This document shows positions 7,840 to 17,825 of a stretch of 64,000 bases of DNA, one piece after another (position 1 is the stretch's first letter; every line of letters begins with the position of its first letter). The stretch comes from an uncultured bacterium. Its GTDB lineage: Bacteria; CSSED10-310. Location: the NCBI GenBank assembly GCA_964404285.1, contig CAYOJK010000003.1:69511-133510 (forward strand), written 5' to 3'. The translations under genes and the position numbers were made by a program. Below the pieces are notes generated by a model. That model was not told where the DNA came from and did no database searches. It saw only the letters and a list, made by a program, of their open reading frames with translations.

Positions 7840-10710
7840 ATGAAGATATGTCGGTTCAGATATATTTTGTTTGTGATCGGATCGATATTGTTGTTCACGT
7901 TTTCCATGGCAGATGCAAATGCTTTTGGAAAAAACAAAGTAACCTATTCCAAATTTGGCTGGAAAGTACATTCCACAGACCATTTTGAATTTTATTATTA
8001 TATGGACGAAACGGAATCGATGTTGGAGATTATCCGCTATTTTGAAACTGCTTATACACGAATATCTTCTGATCTTGGGACTGATCTTTCCGGGAAAATC
8101 CCAGTTATTCTTTACAGAACATATTCCGATTTTCAGCAAACAAATGTGTTGTCGGGTTTTATACCCACAGGTGTTGGAGGTTTTTCTGAGCTGCTGAAAA
8201 GAAGAATAGTGATACCGCTTCAAAATTCAAAAAAAGATCTAGAATCATTGATCAATCATGAATTAGTCCATTCATTTCAATTTGAAGTCTTTTTCCAGAA
8301 TCGTATCAGCAGAATTTCGGAGGTGCCGTTATGGATTATGGAGGGAATGGCAGAGCATTTATCAGCAGATTGGGACGCGACTGGACGAATGGTGTTGAGA
8401 GACGCTGTTATAAATGGATATGTGCCTGATCTGGAGAGGTTGAATACATTTGATTATCTGCCTAACCCGTATATGGGATATAAAATATCTCAATCAGCAA
8501 TTGATTTTTTACGAAAAGAATACGGCATGGATAAGTTTAGATCGCTGATGTGGGAAGTCAGAAAGACTCTCCGTTCTCGTGAATATATGCAAAATGCGGC
8601 TAAAGAGATTTACGGAATGACTCTAAGTGAAATATCGGCAAAATGGCAGAATGATTTAAGACGTCGTGTCATCGAACTCGAACGTCGACGCGAAAGTGTC
8701 GTAGAATTTGAAAAATCCGTGATGCCCTCTGAGCAATATTCCAGAAGGTTTTCTCCTGTTTTTGGTTTGGGTAATGAGGTCATTCATTTTGTTGAGGTTA
8801 CCCAGGATGGATTCAATATCCACACAGGAGCAGTGAAAGATCCGGATAAAAAACAAATGGACCTGTGCCTTACTTGTAGATTGAATAAACGTAAATACCG
8901 TGGAATAGTCACTGAAGGCAGACCTCTGTCAAGTTGTCTTGATGATGGGCGGCTGGTTTATATCAATAATTATGAAAACCGACATTTCATACAAATACTT
9001 GACCCGGCTGTCAAAGGCCTGACTAAAATTATTCAAATACCGGAAGATTCCCCGTCCTCACCGGCTTTCAGTCCGGATGGGCGTTTCGTCGCTTATGCTG
9101 CTTGGGTAGGCATGCAATCGGATATTTTTATAATGGATCTGGATACCGGAAAAACACGAAATGTAACTCAGGACCAACATGTGGATCGTACACCATATTG
9201 GTCTCCTGATGGTTCCTGGATTGTTTATTCTTCAGAAAGACAAGGACAATTCGATTTGATGTTGGTCAACGTTCATACAGGTCAATTCAGGCTATTGATT
9301 TCTGAGCAAGGAGACCAGATTACGCCTGCTTGGTCACCAGATGGGAAAAAAATTGTTTATATTTCGGATCAAATCGACGGTGTTCCAGATCCCCATATTC
9401 TGGATATGGAAACCATGCAATCCCACAGGCTGGCTGCACCTGTGACAGGGTGCATGACACCATCATTTTCTATAGATAGCCAAGATATTGTGCTTACGTT
9501 TTACGCCCAAGGAACTGAGAAAATCGTTGTTTTCCCTGCAGATAGAAGACCGGTTATACCCGCTGTCGCTGTTGATGCAGAAGAATTAGATGCTGATGGT
9601 GAGGCCTACTTTACATCGTTGAAACACGTCGATCCGCAGGCGCCATTGCCCCAATCAGCAAATGATTTGCAAAATGGCGATGTCAAGTTTCGTTTAATAC
9701 CGGATTATGCCGTTGGCATGATGGCTTATGGCACAAGTGGAGAGTTCTACCTGGAGGGAGGAGTCGTCCTGTCTGACATACTTGGAGATCATCGCATAGA
9801 GGTGATAGGAAGTAGAAGAGATAACCAGAGTGGTCTTATGGCCAAATATATGTATTTACGCCAAAGGATCAATTATGGGGCAGCTTTTATTCAGGATAGT
9901 GACTACTATTATGTGTTCAATATACTTAAAAATGAGTTTCAACGTGTCAGTTGGGATGAATATTGGGCATTGTACTATATGGAATATCCCTTTTCTACTT
10001 ATTACAGAGCGGATATCAGTGTTGGATATCAACATTTTGAATATGAAACGAGTGTTAGTGGGTTTAGAGACTTTAAAAGACAGTACGCCTACATAGAACC
10101 TGCTCTATCCGGCGATACCATAGAATATAAGTATATGGCGGGATATCCTGAGATCTATCGAGGTTGGAGATTCCGAGTAAGCGCTCAGATACCGTTGGAA
10201 ATGGGAGATTCTTTTGAGAGCTATTGGAATACTCACTATGATTTTCGTGAGTACATACCTGTCGGTAAAAGAACTGTTCTGGCTTTCAGGCAGTGGGGAG
10301 TGATGTCGCGTGGCCGAGATACGTTGTATTATGGAATTGGTGGACCAGGCACCATACGCGGCTATGGTTACAAGCAAATTGTTGGGAATAAAGTGGTTAT
10401 AGCCAATGCTGAATTCCGCTTTCCCATTTTGGATCATTTGATCTTTCCAGGAAACATTGGGTTTCATGGTTTTAGAGGAAAATTCTTCGTTGATGCCGGC
10501 GCCGCTTTGATCGATTCGGAATCAATGGAATGGCGATTTGACAACCCTAGAACACTGACTCGAGAAGGATCTTGGAACGCCTCTTATGGATGGGGTATCA
10601 ATTTCTGGTTGATTGGAGTCGAATGGCATTTCGAATGGGCGAGAAAAACGAATTTTAACAAGTCTTCGAGAGGCTGGTCTTATGAGTGGTCTATTCGGAG
10701 AAGTTTTTAG
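7840..10710 (+). CDS. Secreted multidomain protein: peptidase-MA-like zinc metalloprotease (HExxH...EGxAEH), TolB/PD40 beta-propeller repeats, and a C-terminal Omp85/Bac_surface_Ag-like beta-barrel
   Basis: Signal peptide, then HELVH followed about 25 aa later by WIMEGMAEHL (Peptidase_MA_2-like). Repeated SPDG..IVY/DIF PD40 motifs follow. The C-terminus aligns to the BamA barrel of this same window (GGPGTIRGY..GN..AEFRFPI..FFVDAGAA..) and ends in F. Confidence 0.7.
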   Translation: MKICRFRYILFVIGSILLFTFSMADANAFGKNKVTYSKFGWKVHSTDHFEFYYYMDETESMLEIIRYFETAYTRISSDLGTDLSGKIPVILYRTYSDFQQTNVLSGFIPTGVGGFSELLKRRIVIPLQNSKKDLESLINHELVHSFQFEVFFQNRISRISEVPLWIMEGMAEHLSADWDATGRMVLRDAVINGYVPDLERLNTFDYLPNPYMGYKISQSAIDFLRKEYGMDKFRSLMWEVRKTLRSREYMQNAAKEIYGMTLSEISAKWQNDLRRRVIELERRRESVVEFEKSVMPSEQYSRRFSPVFGLGNEVIHFVEVTQDGFNIHTGAVKDPDKKQMDLCLTCRLNKRKYRGIVTEGRPLSSCLDDGRLVYINNYENRHFIQILDPAVKGLTKIIQIPEDSPSSPAFSPDGRFVAYAAWVGMQSDIFIMDLDTGKTRNVTQDQHVDRTPYWSPDGSWIVYSSERQGQFDLMLVNVHTGQFRLLISEQGDQITPAWSPDGKKIVYISDQIDGVPDPHILDMETMQSHRLAAPVTGCMTPSFSIDSQDIVLTFYAQGTEKIVVFPADRRPVIPAVAVDAEELDADGEAYFTSLKHVDPQAPLPQSANDLQNGDVKFRLIPDYAVGMMAYGTSGEFYLEGGVVLSDILGDHRIEVIGSRRDNQSGLMAKYMYLRQRINYGAAFIQDSDYYYVFNILKNEFQRVSWDEYWALYYMEYPFSTYYRADISVGYQHFEYETSVSGFRDFKRQYAYIEPALSGDTIEYKYMAGYPEIYRGWRFRVSAQIPLEMGDSFESYWNTHYDFREYIPVGKRTVLAFRQWGVMSRGRDTLYYGIGGPGTIRGYGYKQIVGNKVVIANAEFRFPILDHLIFPGNIGFHGFRGKFFVDAGAALIDSESMEWRFDNPRTLTREGSWNASYGWGINFWLIGVEWHFEWARKTNFNKSSRGWSYEWSIRRSF

Positions 10711-12067
10711 TTAATTTCTGCAGAATAGATCGGCATAATTCTGGTAGAGATGGATCTCTGGCCCCCATTACTACAACCCAATCGCCTTTGTTGACGATCT
10801 TGGAAACAAGAAAAGGGATTGACCCTCTTTCAACAGCTACGGCCTCTTTGCCTCTAGAACGAATAGAGGCTGCCAGCTCATCGGAGCTCACCGTTTTTCC
10901 GGCTGTTCCTCCTGCATAGAATATCGGAGCCAGTATCAGCGTATCCTTCTCACGAAGCCCGTCGGCGAATTGATCAACGATATCCTCAAATAAAAAGCGT
11001 GTCGGCCCAAAACCATGTGGTTGATAAACATAGATGACTCGAGGACTTTGGGCGCCGGCGACTGACATGGTGGCATGTATTTTATCTGGATTATGAGCGA
11101 AATCATCGATTACAGTGATATCGTTTTGAGTTCCTATTAACTGAAAGCGACGCTGTATCCCTCGAAAACCCTCCAGCGCATCGATGCTTTCAGGTGATGA
11201 TCGACCCAGAAAACGTAGCAACGTATATGCAGCCAATGCATTCTCAAGATTATAATATCCGGGCAGATTTATTTGAAACCGTTTGCCTTCCAGCCGGCCA
11301 CCCGATGTCAAACCCTCAAAAAAAGGATCGACGATGTGAAAATCCGAATCTGTCGTAAAACCAAAACTCAGTCGTTTTCGCGCAAAACTTGATAGTCTGC
11401 TGCTCAAATGACATCGAGAATTGAATATCAATGTATCTTTGATATTGCCAATGTAGATTTTGAAAATCTCGGTTAATTCAGCAATAGAAAGGTGATCTTT
11501 GCTGATATTGGTCAATATCCCAATTTCAGGCTTATATTTTTTCAGACTTCCATCACTTTCATCTGCCTCGTATATTGCCCATGAGCTGTTCCCACAAAGA
11601 AATTCACTATCTTCTCCTAAATCTGTTATCCCAATAATCTTTGCTCCATTGATTACCGTTGGATCAAGTCCCGCTTTTTTCATTCCCCATGCACAAAAAC
11701 CTGTCACAGTGCTTTTGCCGGATGTTCCCGCTACGGCGATACACCGCATTGATTGAGTCAATTCATTCAACGCATCAGACCGATGAATGATGGGTATCCC
11801 TTTTTCTTGAGCAGCTTTGACATCTGGAATAGTTGATTCCACAGCGGTTGAAGCAACTACAAAATCCAAATCATGGTGAATACCCGATCCGTCTTGTGAA
11901 AATAACTGGATACCACTCGCTACCAATTCTTGGTAAAAATCAGGCCGATTGCCTTTGTCATGATCGCGATCAGAACCGCTCACACAATGCCCCATATTAT
12001 TCATTATTCTGGCGATACCATTCATTCCGGAACCGCCTATGCCGATAAAAAAAATGGATTGTTTCAT
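10691..12067 (-). CDS. Mur ligase, MurC/Mpl family (UDP-N-acetylmuramate--L-alanine ligase or murein peptide ligase)
   Basis: The N-terminus FFIGIGGSGMNGIA...GHCVSGSD matches the MurC/Mpl Rossmann start, followed by a Mur ligase central domain (GTSGKST). 458 aa. Confidence 0.8.
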   Translation of the reverse strand: MKQSIFFIGIGGSGMNGIARIMNNMGHCVSGSDRDHDKGNRPDFYQELVASGIQLFSQDGSGIHHDLDFVVASTAVESTIPDVKAAQEKGIPIIHRSDALNELTQSMRCIAVAGTSGKSTVTGFCAWGMKKAGLDPTVINGAKIIGITDLGEDSEFLCGNSSWAIYEADESDGSLKKYKPEIGILTNISKDHLSIAELTEIFKIYIGNIKDTLIFNSRCHLSSRLSSFARKRLSFGFTTDSDFHIVDPFFEGLTSGGRLEGKRFQINLPGYYNLENALAAYTLLRFLGRSSPESIDALEGFRGIQRRFQLIGTQNDITVIDDFAHNPDKIHATMSVAGAQSPRVIYVYQPHGFGPTRFLFEDIVDQFADGLREKDTLILAPIFYAGGTAGKTVSSDELAASIRSRGKEAVAVERGSIPFLVSKIVNKGDWVVVMGARDPSLPELCRSILQKLTKNFSE

Positions 12068-12103
12068 GGTCCCCCATCCTTAAAGATACCAGGAATCACA
12101 TTA

Positions 12104-13243
12104 CTAGAAATAGTCAAGGCAATCTATCAAATAAGGGTGCAAAGCTTTCAGTTCATCGAGGGATGTAATTTCGTGTGCGAGTAGAGGGATTTTGGCGCTA
12201 GCTACCTGTATAGGAAAACCTTTTAAAAGAGATTTCATTAGATGAGTTTCATTTTTAACTTGTTTTTGATGAAGACTAATAAACGTATCAAGTTCATACA
12301 GTTGCTCTTTTATAGAGTCTTTAAAATGAGGTTTTACAGTAACCGTTTTGGTTTGTGAGGAAACGCTTGGAAAGAATGGGGAAGAAATACGATTGAAAAT
12401 AATGCCTTTCAAAGGCAATTGAGCTGATAAAAGTGTAGAAGCGATACGGTGAGTTTCCTGAATACTGGATGGATGACACGATGAAACCAGAAGGATACTT
12501 GTTCGTTGAGGGTTTTTCAGAATGCATTGAAGGTCATAGACACGATGGTAAAAGTCATCGTAGAAATCTTGCAGAGAAAAGACTAAATCGCGAGCTTCAT
12601 CCAGCCAAGCTTTTCCGGTTATTCCCGATAGAAAAGCTGCCGGCAGGCTTGACGCATCTTTTTTGGGCTCAGTTTTTCGTTTGAATAACACTTTTAAGGG
12701 TTTTTTAATTAAGTCAATATGTGATGGATCAAGAAGTTGCAGCAGTTGATCGGGAGCATGAAAAAATTTGGGGGCGCTTCCTGCTGGGGGAGTATCGATG
12801 ATTAGGGTATCCATTGGTATATCCGTTAGCAGTTGATAAGCTTTTCCCCATGCTAAACATTCCTCTGTGTTGCTCATTTGCCTGAGCGCAGCCAAAAAAA
12901 CAGGGTTGGTAATAATCGTGTCGGCAAGGGAGGGAAGGGGTGAATAACGTGTAACTAGAGTTTTGGCCGCGGTTTCTAAATGCAGCATAGATACTTTTAG
13001 GAAACCGACTTGTTCATCGGGATTGGAGTTGACTTTCACATCTATCAATTCGTCGCCTGTTATCGAAAGTCCAAGAGAATCAGCAAGCCTGCGAGCAGGA
13101 TCGACTGTGAACACAACGGTATCTCGGCCTTTTAGCGCTGATAGGGCAGCAAGGGATGCCGCAATACTGGTCTTACCGACGCCTCCTATTCCATATAAAA
13201 GAAGTAGGCGAGTGGGCATGGTGCGTGGTTCGTTATCCCTCAT
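12104..13243 (-). CDS. ArsA/GET3-family P-loop ATPase homologue with a degenerate deviant Walker A
   Basis: Contains YGIGGVGKTS (the signature Lys of KGGxGK is missing) and the A-loop-like IIDTPPAGSA. Overlaps the upstream ArsA-like gene by 11 nt. Confidence 0.65.
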   Translation of the reverse strand: MRDNEPRTMPTRLLLLYGIGGVGKTSIAASLAALSALKGRDTVVFTVDPARRLADSLGLSITGDELIDVKVNSNPDEQVGFLKVSMLHLETAAKTLVTRYSPLPSLADTIITNPVFLAALRQMSNTEECLAWGKAYQLLTDIPMDTLIIDTPPAGSAPKFFHAPDQLLQLLDPSHIDLIKKPLKVLFKRKTEPKKDASSLPAAFLSGITGKAWLDEARDLVFSLQDFYDDFYHRVYDLQCILKNPQRTSILLVSSCHPSSIQETHRIASTLLSAQLPLKGIIFNRISSPFFPSVSSQTKTVTVKPHFKDSIKEQLYELDTFISLHQKQVKNETHLMKSLLKGFPIQVASAKIPLLAHEITSLDELKALHPYLIDCLDYF

Positions 13244-14168
13244 AATTTATCTCGATCAGTCGTTCTGCTGTTAATAAAGAAATTTCTTGTGGTTTAGATG
13301 ACAAGAAATAGGGAATTTTTAAAACCGGTTCTTGCCACCAATTTGTCAGATTTTGAATATGATGATTCGCCTGCTGAAAACGCTGTTGAACAATCTGGGC
13401 AACGTTTCTCATCGATCTGGAGTCGATATCGACCTTCAACACATTAGTCAATATTTCTTGTAATTCGTTGTCTGATAAGGTTTTCAACCAATTATAAGTT
13501 TTATCTGACAAGGGCTCAGCAGGAACTTGGTTGACCAAAAGGGTATCTATAGCCATTTCTCCTCGGTTTTGAAAATCAAGTATCATCTCACGTGTTTCTC
13601 GAATAGGCGTTTCTTCTGGAAGAGCAACAACGAATAATTTGCTGATCGAAGGGTCTCGAAGATATTCCTGATTGCGTTTAAAGCGTTGATGTAGAGGACC
13701 GTGAGTAATTATTCCGCTGATTGTATCCGTTGCTGCAAAAAGGTTTGAGCTGAAACCGCTTGAAGGCATATCGACTATGACGGTTTGCCAAGGATAGCGT
13801 GATTCTTGTGACGCATAATGAAAAATTTTATCCATTAACAAAATTTCGCGTAAACCAGGCACGACTGCTGACAAAGAAGAATATAGTGGATGGTTTAAAA
13901 TCCATTTTCTAAATGGTTTAAGAGCAAAATAATGGTCGATGGTTTCATCCAGAACGCTTTGTCGATCAAGAACCATTGCGTAGAATCCACTTGGTGTCAA
14001 AACAGTATCTGATGATAGATTGGGTAGGCCGGTATGTTCCTTAAAACTCAAAGACCAGTCCAAAGATATTGCCAGAGCTCCGCCGTTAGCGGCATAATGG
14101 CTGCCTAAGGCTGCCGTAATGGCAGTTTTGCCGACTCCACCTTTTCCACAAACAAAAATAACTTTCAT
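13233..14168 (-). CDS. ArsA/GET3-family P-loop ATPase homologue (intact deviant Walker A; degenerate DTAPTGH region)
   Basis: Contains VCGKGGVGKTAITAAL (deviant Walker A with intact KGG). The downstream VIVDMPSSGF replaces the canonical DTAPTGH motif. Confidence 0.7.
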   Translation of the reverse strand: MKVIFVCGKGGVGKTAITAALGSHYAANGGALAISLDWSLSFKEHTGLPNLSSDTVLTPSGFYAMVLDRQSVLDETIDHYFALKPFRKWILNHPLYSSLSAVVPGLREILLMDKIFHYASQESRYPWQTVIVDMPSSGFSSNLFAATDTISGIITHGPLHQRFKRNQEYLRDPSISKLFVVALPEETPIRETREMILDFQNRGEMAIDTLLVNQVPAEPLSDKTYNWLKTLSDNELQEILTNVLKVDIDSRSMRNVAQIVQQRFQQANHHIQNLTNWWQEPVLKIPYFLSSKPQEISLLTAERLIEINYEG

Positions 14169-14279
14169 CGTAATCCTACAAATAGAAATTTAGTTTTCTT
14201 TCTATATGAAAGCAACACTTTTGAAGGATTTGTATTGAATGATTTTTACCTATCGAGTAATCTGCACCCGCTGCTGGAA

Positions 14280-15482
14280 ATGGAGGGCTTAATTTTGAAA
14301 ATCCATGAATACCAAGCTCATGATCTGATGAAAAAATATGGAATCCCGGTTTTGCCTTTTCGATTGGCAGACTCGGTTAAATCCGGACTGGATGCGGCGC
14401 ATTCAATGTTTGACGCCGGTATGTCGCAACTGGCGATAAAAGCACAGATACACGCTGGAGGCAGGGGAAAAGCCGGAGGTATCGCTCTTGTTCGGTCTGT
14501 CAAAGAAGCGGAGGACGCCTTACGTAGGATCCTGGGTATGCGCCTGGTGAACCCTCAAACCGGCCCAAGCGGCAAATTGGTTCGTAAAGTGATGATAGTC
14601 AGCGCTGACAATAGAATTCAACAAGAGTTTTATGTCGGCTTAGTATTGGATCGCGATAGCGAAGCGCCTCTGATGCTGGTTTCAGCAGAAGGCGGAGTCG
14701 ATATAGAAGAAACATCTCAAAAAAAACCAGAATCAATCACTAGAATTGGAATTGATCCTTATTTGGGACTGTTAAATTTTCAGATCAGAACCTTAGCAGA
14801 TAAACTTGGATTGACGGGTAAAGCTCTTCAAGCTGCGTTTCCCTTGTTTTCGGGGCTTTACAAAATGTTTATTGCTCTGGATTGCTCGCAAATTGAAATA
14901 AACCCGTTAGTGCTGACCGATACAGATGATCTGTATCCTTTGGATGCAAAAATCAACCTGGATGAGTCAGCCTTTTTTAAACACCCCGAACTGGTCGAAT
15001 TGAAAGATTCGCATGAAGAAACAGAACAGGAAGTCAGCGCGGCCCGATATCATCTAAATTATGTCAAACTCGATGGCGAAATCGGCTGTATGGTCAATGG
15101 AGCCGGCTTGGCAATGGCGACAATGGATACGATCAGTATGTATGGAGGGAAACCGGCTAATTTTTTGGATATAGGGGGGAGCGCGGGTAAACAGTCTGTT
15201 ACAGAGGCTTTTAAAATTTTACTGAGTGATCCTGACGTTGAAGCCGTGCTGGTAAATATTTTTGCAGGAATTGTTCGTTGTGATTGGGTTGCAGAGGGTA
15301 TAATTGCGGCAGTTGAAGAAATACGGATGGAGCGCCCGCTAGTGGTGCGCCTTGCAGGAACGAATTCTCGGCAGGGAATGGCATTGTTAAAAGAATCCGG
15401 TTTACCATTGCATACGGCAACAACATTGGAGGAAGCTGCTGAGCGAGTAGTAGCTTTAGCGCGTGGAGGTCGGGTTTCATGA
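14280..15482 (+). CDS. sucC: Succinyl-CoA synthetase beta subunit (ADP/GDP-forming)
   Basis: ATP-grasp N-terminus (K)[17 protein letters not shown]...[10 protein letters not shown] and a CoA-ligase C-terminal domain. An alternative TTG start at 14295 sits behind GGAGGG and gives the canonical M-x-(I/L)-H-E-Y-Q start. Confidence 0.9.
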   Translation: MEGLILKIHEYQAHDLMKKYGIPVLPFRLADSVKSGLDAAHSMFDAGMSQLAIKAQIHAGGRGKAGGIALVRSVKEAEDALRRILGMRLVNPQTGPSGKLVRKVMIVSADNRIQQEFYVGLVLDRDSEAPLMLVSAEGGVDIEETSQKKPESITRIGIDPYLGLLNFQIRTLADKLGLTGKALQAAFPLFSGLYKMFIALDCSQIEINPLVLTDTDDLYPLDAKINLDESAFFKHPELVELKDSHEETEQEVSAARYHLNYVKLDGEIGCMVNGAGLAMATMDTISMYGGKPANFLDIGGSAGKQSVTEAFKILLSDPDVEAVLVNIFAGIVRCDWVAEGIIAAVEEIRMERPLVVRLAGTNSRQGMALLKESGLPLHTATTLEEAAERVVALARGGRVS

Positions 15483-16351
15483 GTATTTTGGTTAATAGGC
15501 AAACTAAGGTGATTGTTCAGGGGATAACGGGTCGAGAAGGTTCTTTTCATACAGCTCAAATGCTTGCGTATGGCACCGATGTCGCAGGAGGGGTAACACC
15601 TGGAAAGGGTGGAACCAGGGTGAACGGTGTGCCGGTCTTTAACTCGATGGAAGAAGCTGTAGAAAAAACTCATGCTGATACATCCATTATTTTTGTTCCC
15701 TCACAATTTGCCGTTGATGCAATCTTTGAAGCGGCATTTTCTGGTATTCGGCTGATAATTTGTATATCGGAAGGGCTTCCTGCACTGGATATGATGCTGG
15801 CTAAAAAGCGCTTGAAAGAAATGGGAGTAAAGATTATCGGCCCCAATTGTCCAGGTATTATCACTCCTGGAGAATGTAAAATTGGTATCATGCCGTCTGA
15901 TATTCATCGTCCCGGACGAATAGGGATTATTTCCAGAAGTGGCACTTTGACGTATGAGGTTGTTTCACAGGTAACCACTTTGGGATTAGGACAATCCACT
16001 GCGGTTGGCATTGGAGGTGACCCGATAACGGGGATGAGTTTTGTGGATTGCTTGGAATTGTTCGAGAAAGATCCCGAGACAGATGCCGTGATCATGATAG
16101 GTGAAATCGGTGGCCAAGCAGAAGAAAAGGCTGCAGACTTTGTTGCGGCGTCGATGACAAAACCCGTTATTGGATTTATAGCGGGAAAAACTGCGCCACC
16201 AGAAAAACGGATGGGGCACGCCGGCGCGATCATTTCCGGTGGAAAGGGCACCGCTGAAGACAAAGTCGGCAAAATGAAAGATGCAGGGATAATTGTTGTC
16301 GACAGCCTGGAAAATATTGGTAAGATGTTATTGAAACATCTTGATCAATGA
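15479..16351 (+). CDS. sucD: Succinyl-CoA synthetase alpha subunit
   Basis: [21 protein letters not shown]...GVTPGKGG and the CoA-binding/His-phosphorylation domain. 4-nt overlap with sucC. Confidence 0.9.
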   Translation: MSILVNRQTKVIVQGITGREGSFHTAQMLAYGTDVAGGVTPGKGGTRVNGVPVFNSMEEAVEKTHADTSIIFVPSQFAVDAIFEAAFSGIRLIICISEGLPALDMMLAKKRLKEMGVKIIGPNCPGIITPGECKIGIMPSDIHRPGRIGIISRSGTLTYEVVSQVTTLGLGQSTAVGIGGDPITGMSFVDCLELFEKDPETDAVIMIGEIGGQAEEKAADFVAASMTKPVIGFIAGKTAPPEKRMGHAGAIISGGKGTAEDKVGKMKDAGIIVVDSLENIGKMLLKHLDQ

Positions 16352-16430
16352 TCAACAATATGTTTCAATGCTGCATTGAAAAGACCGATCTGTAGTGAAA
16401 CATACTGTTCGGTCGGTTAACATGTTAAGT
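16331..16430 (+). promoter_or_regulatory. Cluster of nested/overlapping inverted repeats built on TGAAACAT/ATGTTTCA and TTAACATGTTAA, spanning the sucD stop and the korD leader
   Basis: TTGAAACAT(16331-39)...ATGTTTCAA(16360-68). TTGATCA-A-TGATCAA (16341-55). TTTCAATGC-T-GCATTGAAA (16363-81). GTGAAACAT (about 16395). TTAACATGTTAA (16417-28). Confidence 0.3.
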
Positions 16431-16456
16431 CAATAAGATTTTTTAGGAGAATCAAC

Positions 16457-16672
16457 TTGAGTCGATCAAGAAAACTTAAAGAAATCAAACTAAAAACAGA
16501 ATGGTGTAAAGGTTGTGCCATCTGTGTTGAAGTTTGCCCGAAAAGTGTGTACGAAATCAAAAGGTTCAAAGCAGTTGCCGCTCACCCTGAAGCCTGTATA
16601 GTTTGTGGACGATGTGAGGAGGCCTGCCCTGATTTCTGTATAGAAATCATACCTGACGAATTAAACCAATAG
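16457..16672 (+). CDS. korD: 2-oxoacid:ferredoxin oxidoreductase delta subunit (2x[4Fe-4S] ferredoxin)
   Basis: Two CxxCxxCxxxCP motifs (CKGCAICVEVCP / CIVCGRCEEACP). TTG start 6 nt after AGGAGA. Confidence 0.75.
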   Translation: MSRSRKLKEIKLKTEWCKGCAICVEVCPKSVYEIKRFKAVAAHPEACIVCGRCEEACPDFCIEIIPDELNQ

Positions 16673-16685
16673 GAAAAAAGAGACC

Positions 16686-17825
16686 ATGAATCAGACCATT
16701 AAGCCTGTGTTTGTCCAGGGGAATCATGCTTGTGTTTTGGGCGCTCTGAAAGCCGGATGTCAATTTTTTGCCGGATATCCCATAACACCATCCTCAGAAA
16801 TTGCCGAAATTCTTGCCCAGGAATTACCCAAAAAAGGTGGTAAATTTATCCAAATGGAAGATGAATTGGCGGCTATGGGCGCTGTTATCGGCGCTTCCTT
16901 GACTGGCCTCAAATCCTTGACGGCAACAAGTGGTCCGGGGTTTTCATTGAAACAAGAAAACATCGGCTACGCTGTTATGACGGAAATTCCCTGTGTTATT
17001 GTCAACGTGCAAAGGGGAGGCCCTAGTACGGGGTTACCGACACAATCTTCCCAAAGCGATGTTCAACAAGCTCGCTGGGGGACTCATGGTGACCATGAAA
17101 TTATTGTGCTGGCGCCATCAACTGTTCCGGAAATTTATCAGATGACCATCAGAGCCTTTAACCTGGCGGAAAAATACCGGACACCGGTCATTTTACTGCT
17201 CGATGAGATTATCGCCCATATGCGCGAAATTTTGGTTGAAATACCTGATGACCAGGTTGTCAGAATCGATCGTCCAAGACCCTCTTGTCCTTATGATGAA
17301 TATCTTCCCTATAAAATGGTTGAAAGCGATATTCCACCAATGGCGGATTTCGGGTCGGGATATCGATATCATGTAACAGGTCTTTGCCATGACGAGACGG
17401 GTTTTCCGACAAATAATCCTGACAAAATCGACGCATTTATGCGACGATTGAATAGAAAGATTTCTAGATATACCGATGAGATAGTTGAGTATAAAACCGC
17501 TGGAAATCCGGAAGCGGATGTGCTTGTTCTAGCTTATGGTTCATCAGCCAGATCAGCCAGACAAGCTTTAAAAATGATGGAAAATGATGACAAACAACCT
17601 GTTTTATTCCAGCCTCTGACACTTTGGCCTTTCCCTGAACAGGCATTCATAGATACGGTCAAATCATGTAAAGGCGTTGTGGTAGTTGAAGCAAATATGG
17701 GTCAGGTAAAACGGGAAATCGAACGGTTGGTCAATACAGATATGCCGATAATCCTTGTCAATTCGTTAAATGGTGAACCAATCGAACCGAAATTAATCGT
17801 CCAAGCGGCCAAGGAGATTGTGTGA
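16686..17825 (+). CDS. korA: 2-oxoglutarate (2-oxoacid):ferredoxin oxidoreductase alpha subunit
   Basis: N-terminus typical of POR/KOR alpha subunits (GNHACVLGALKAGCQFFAGYPITPSSEI). 379 aa. Confidence 0.85.
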   Translation: MNQTIKPVFVQGNHACVLGALKAGCQFFAGYPITPSSEIAEILAQELPKKGGKFIQMEDELAAMGAVIGASLTGLKSLTATSGPGFSLKQENIGYAVMTEIPCVIVNVQRGGPSTGLPTQSSQSDVQQARWGTHGDHEIIVLAPSTVPEIYQMTIRAFNLAEKYRTPVILLLDEIIAHMREILVEIPDDQVVRIDRPRPSCPYDEYLPYKMVESDIPPMADFGSGYRYHVTGLCHDETGFPTNNPDKIDAFMRRLNRKISRYTDEIVEYKTAGNPEADVLVLAYGSSARSARQALKMMENDDKQPVLFQPLTLWPFPEQAFIDTVKSCKGVVVVEANMGQVKREIERLVNTDMPIILVNSLNGEPIEPKLIVQAAKEIV

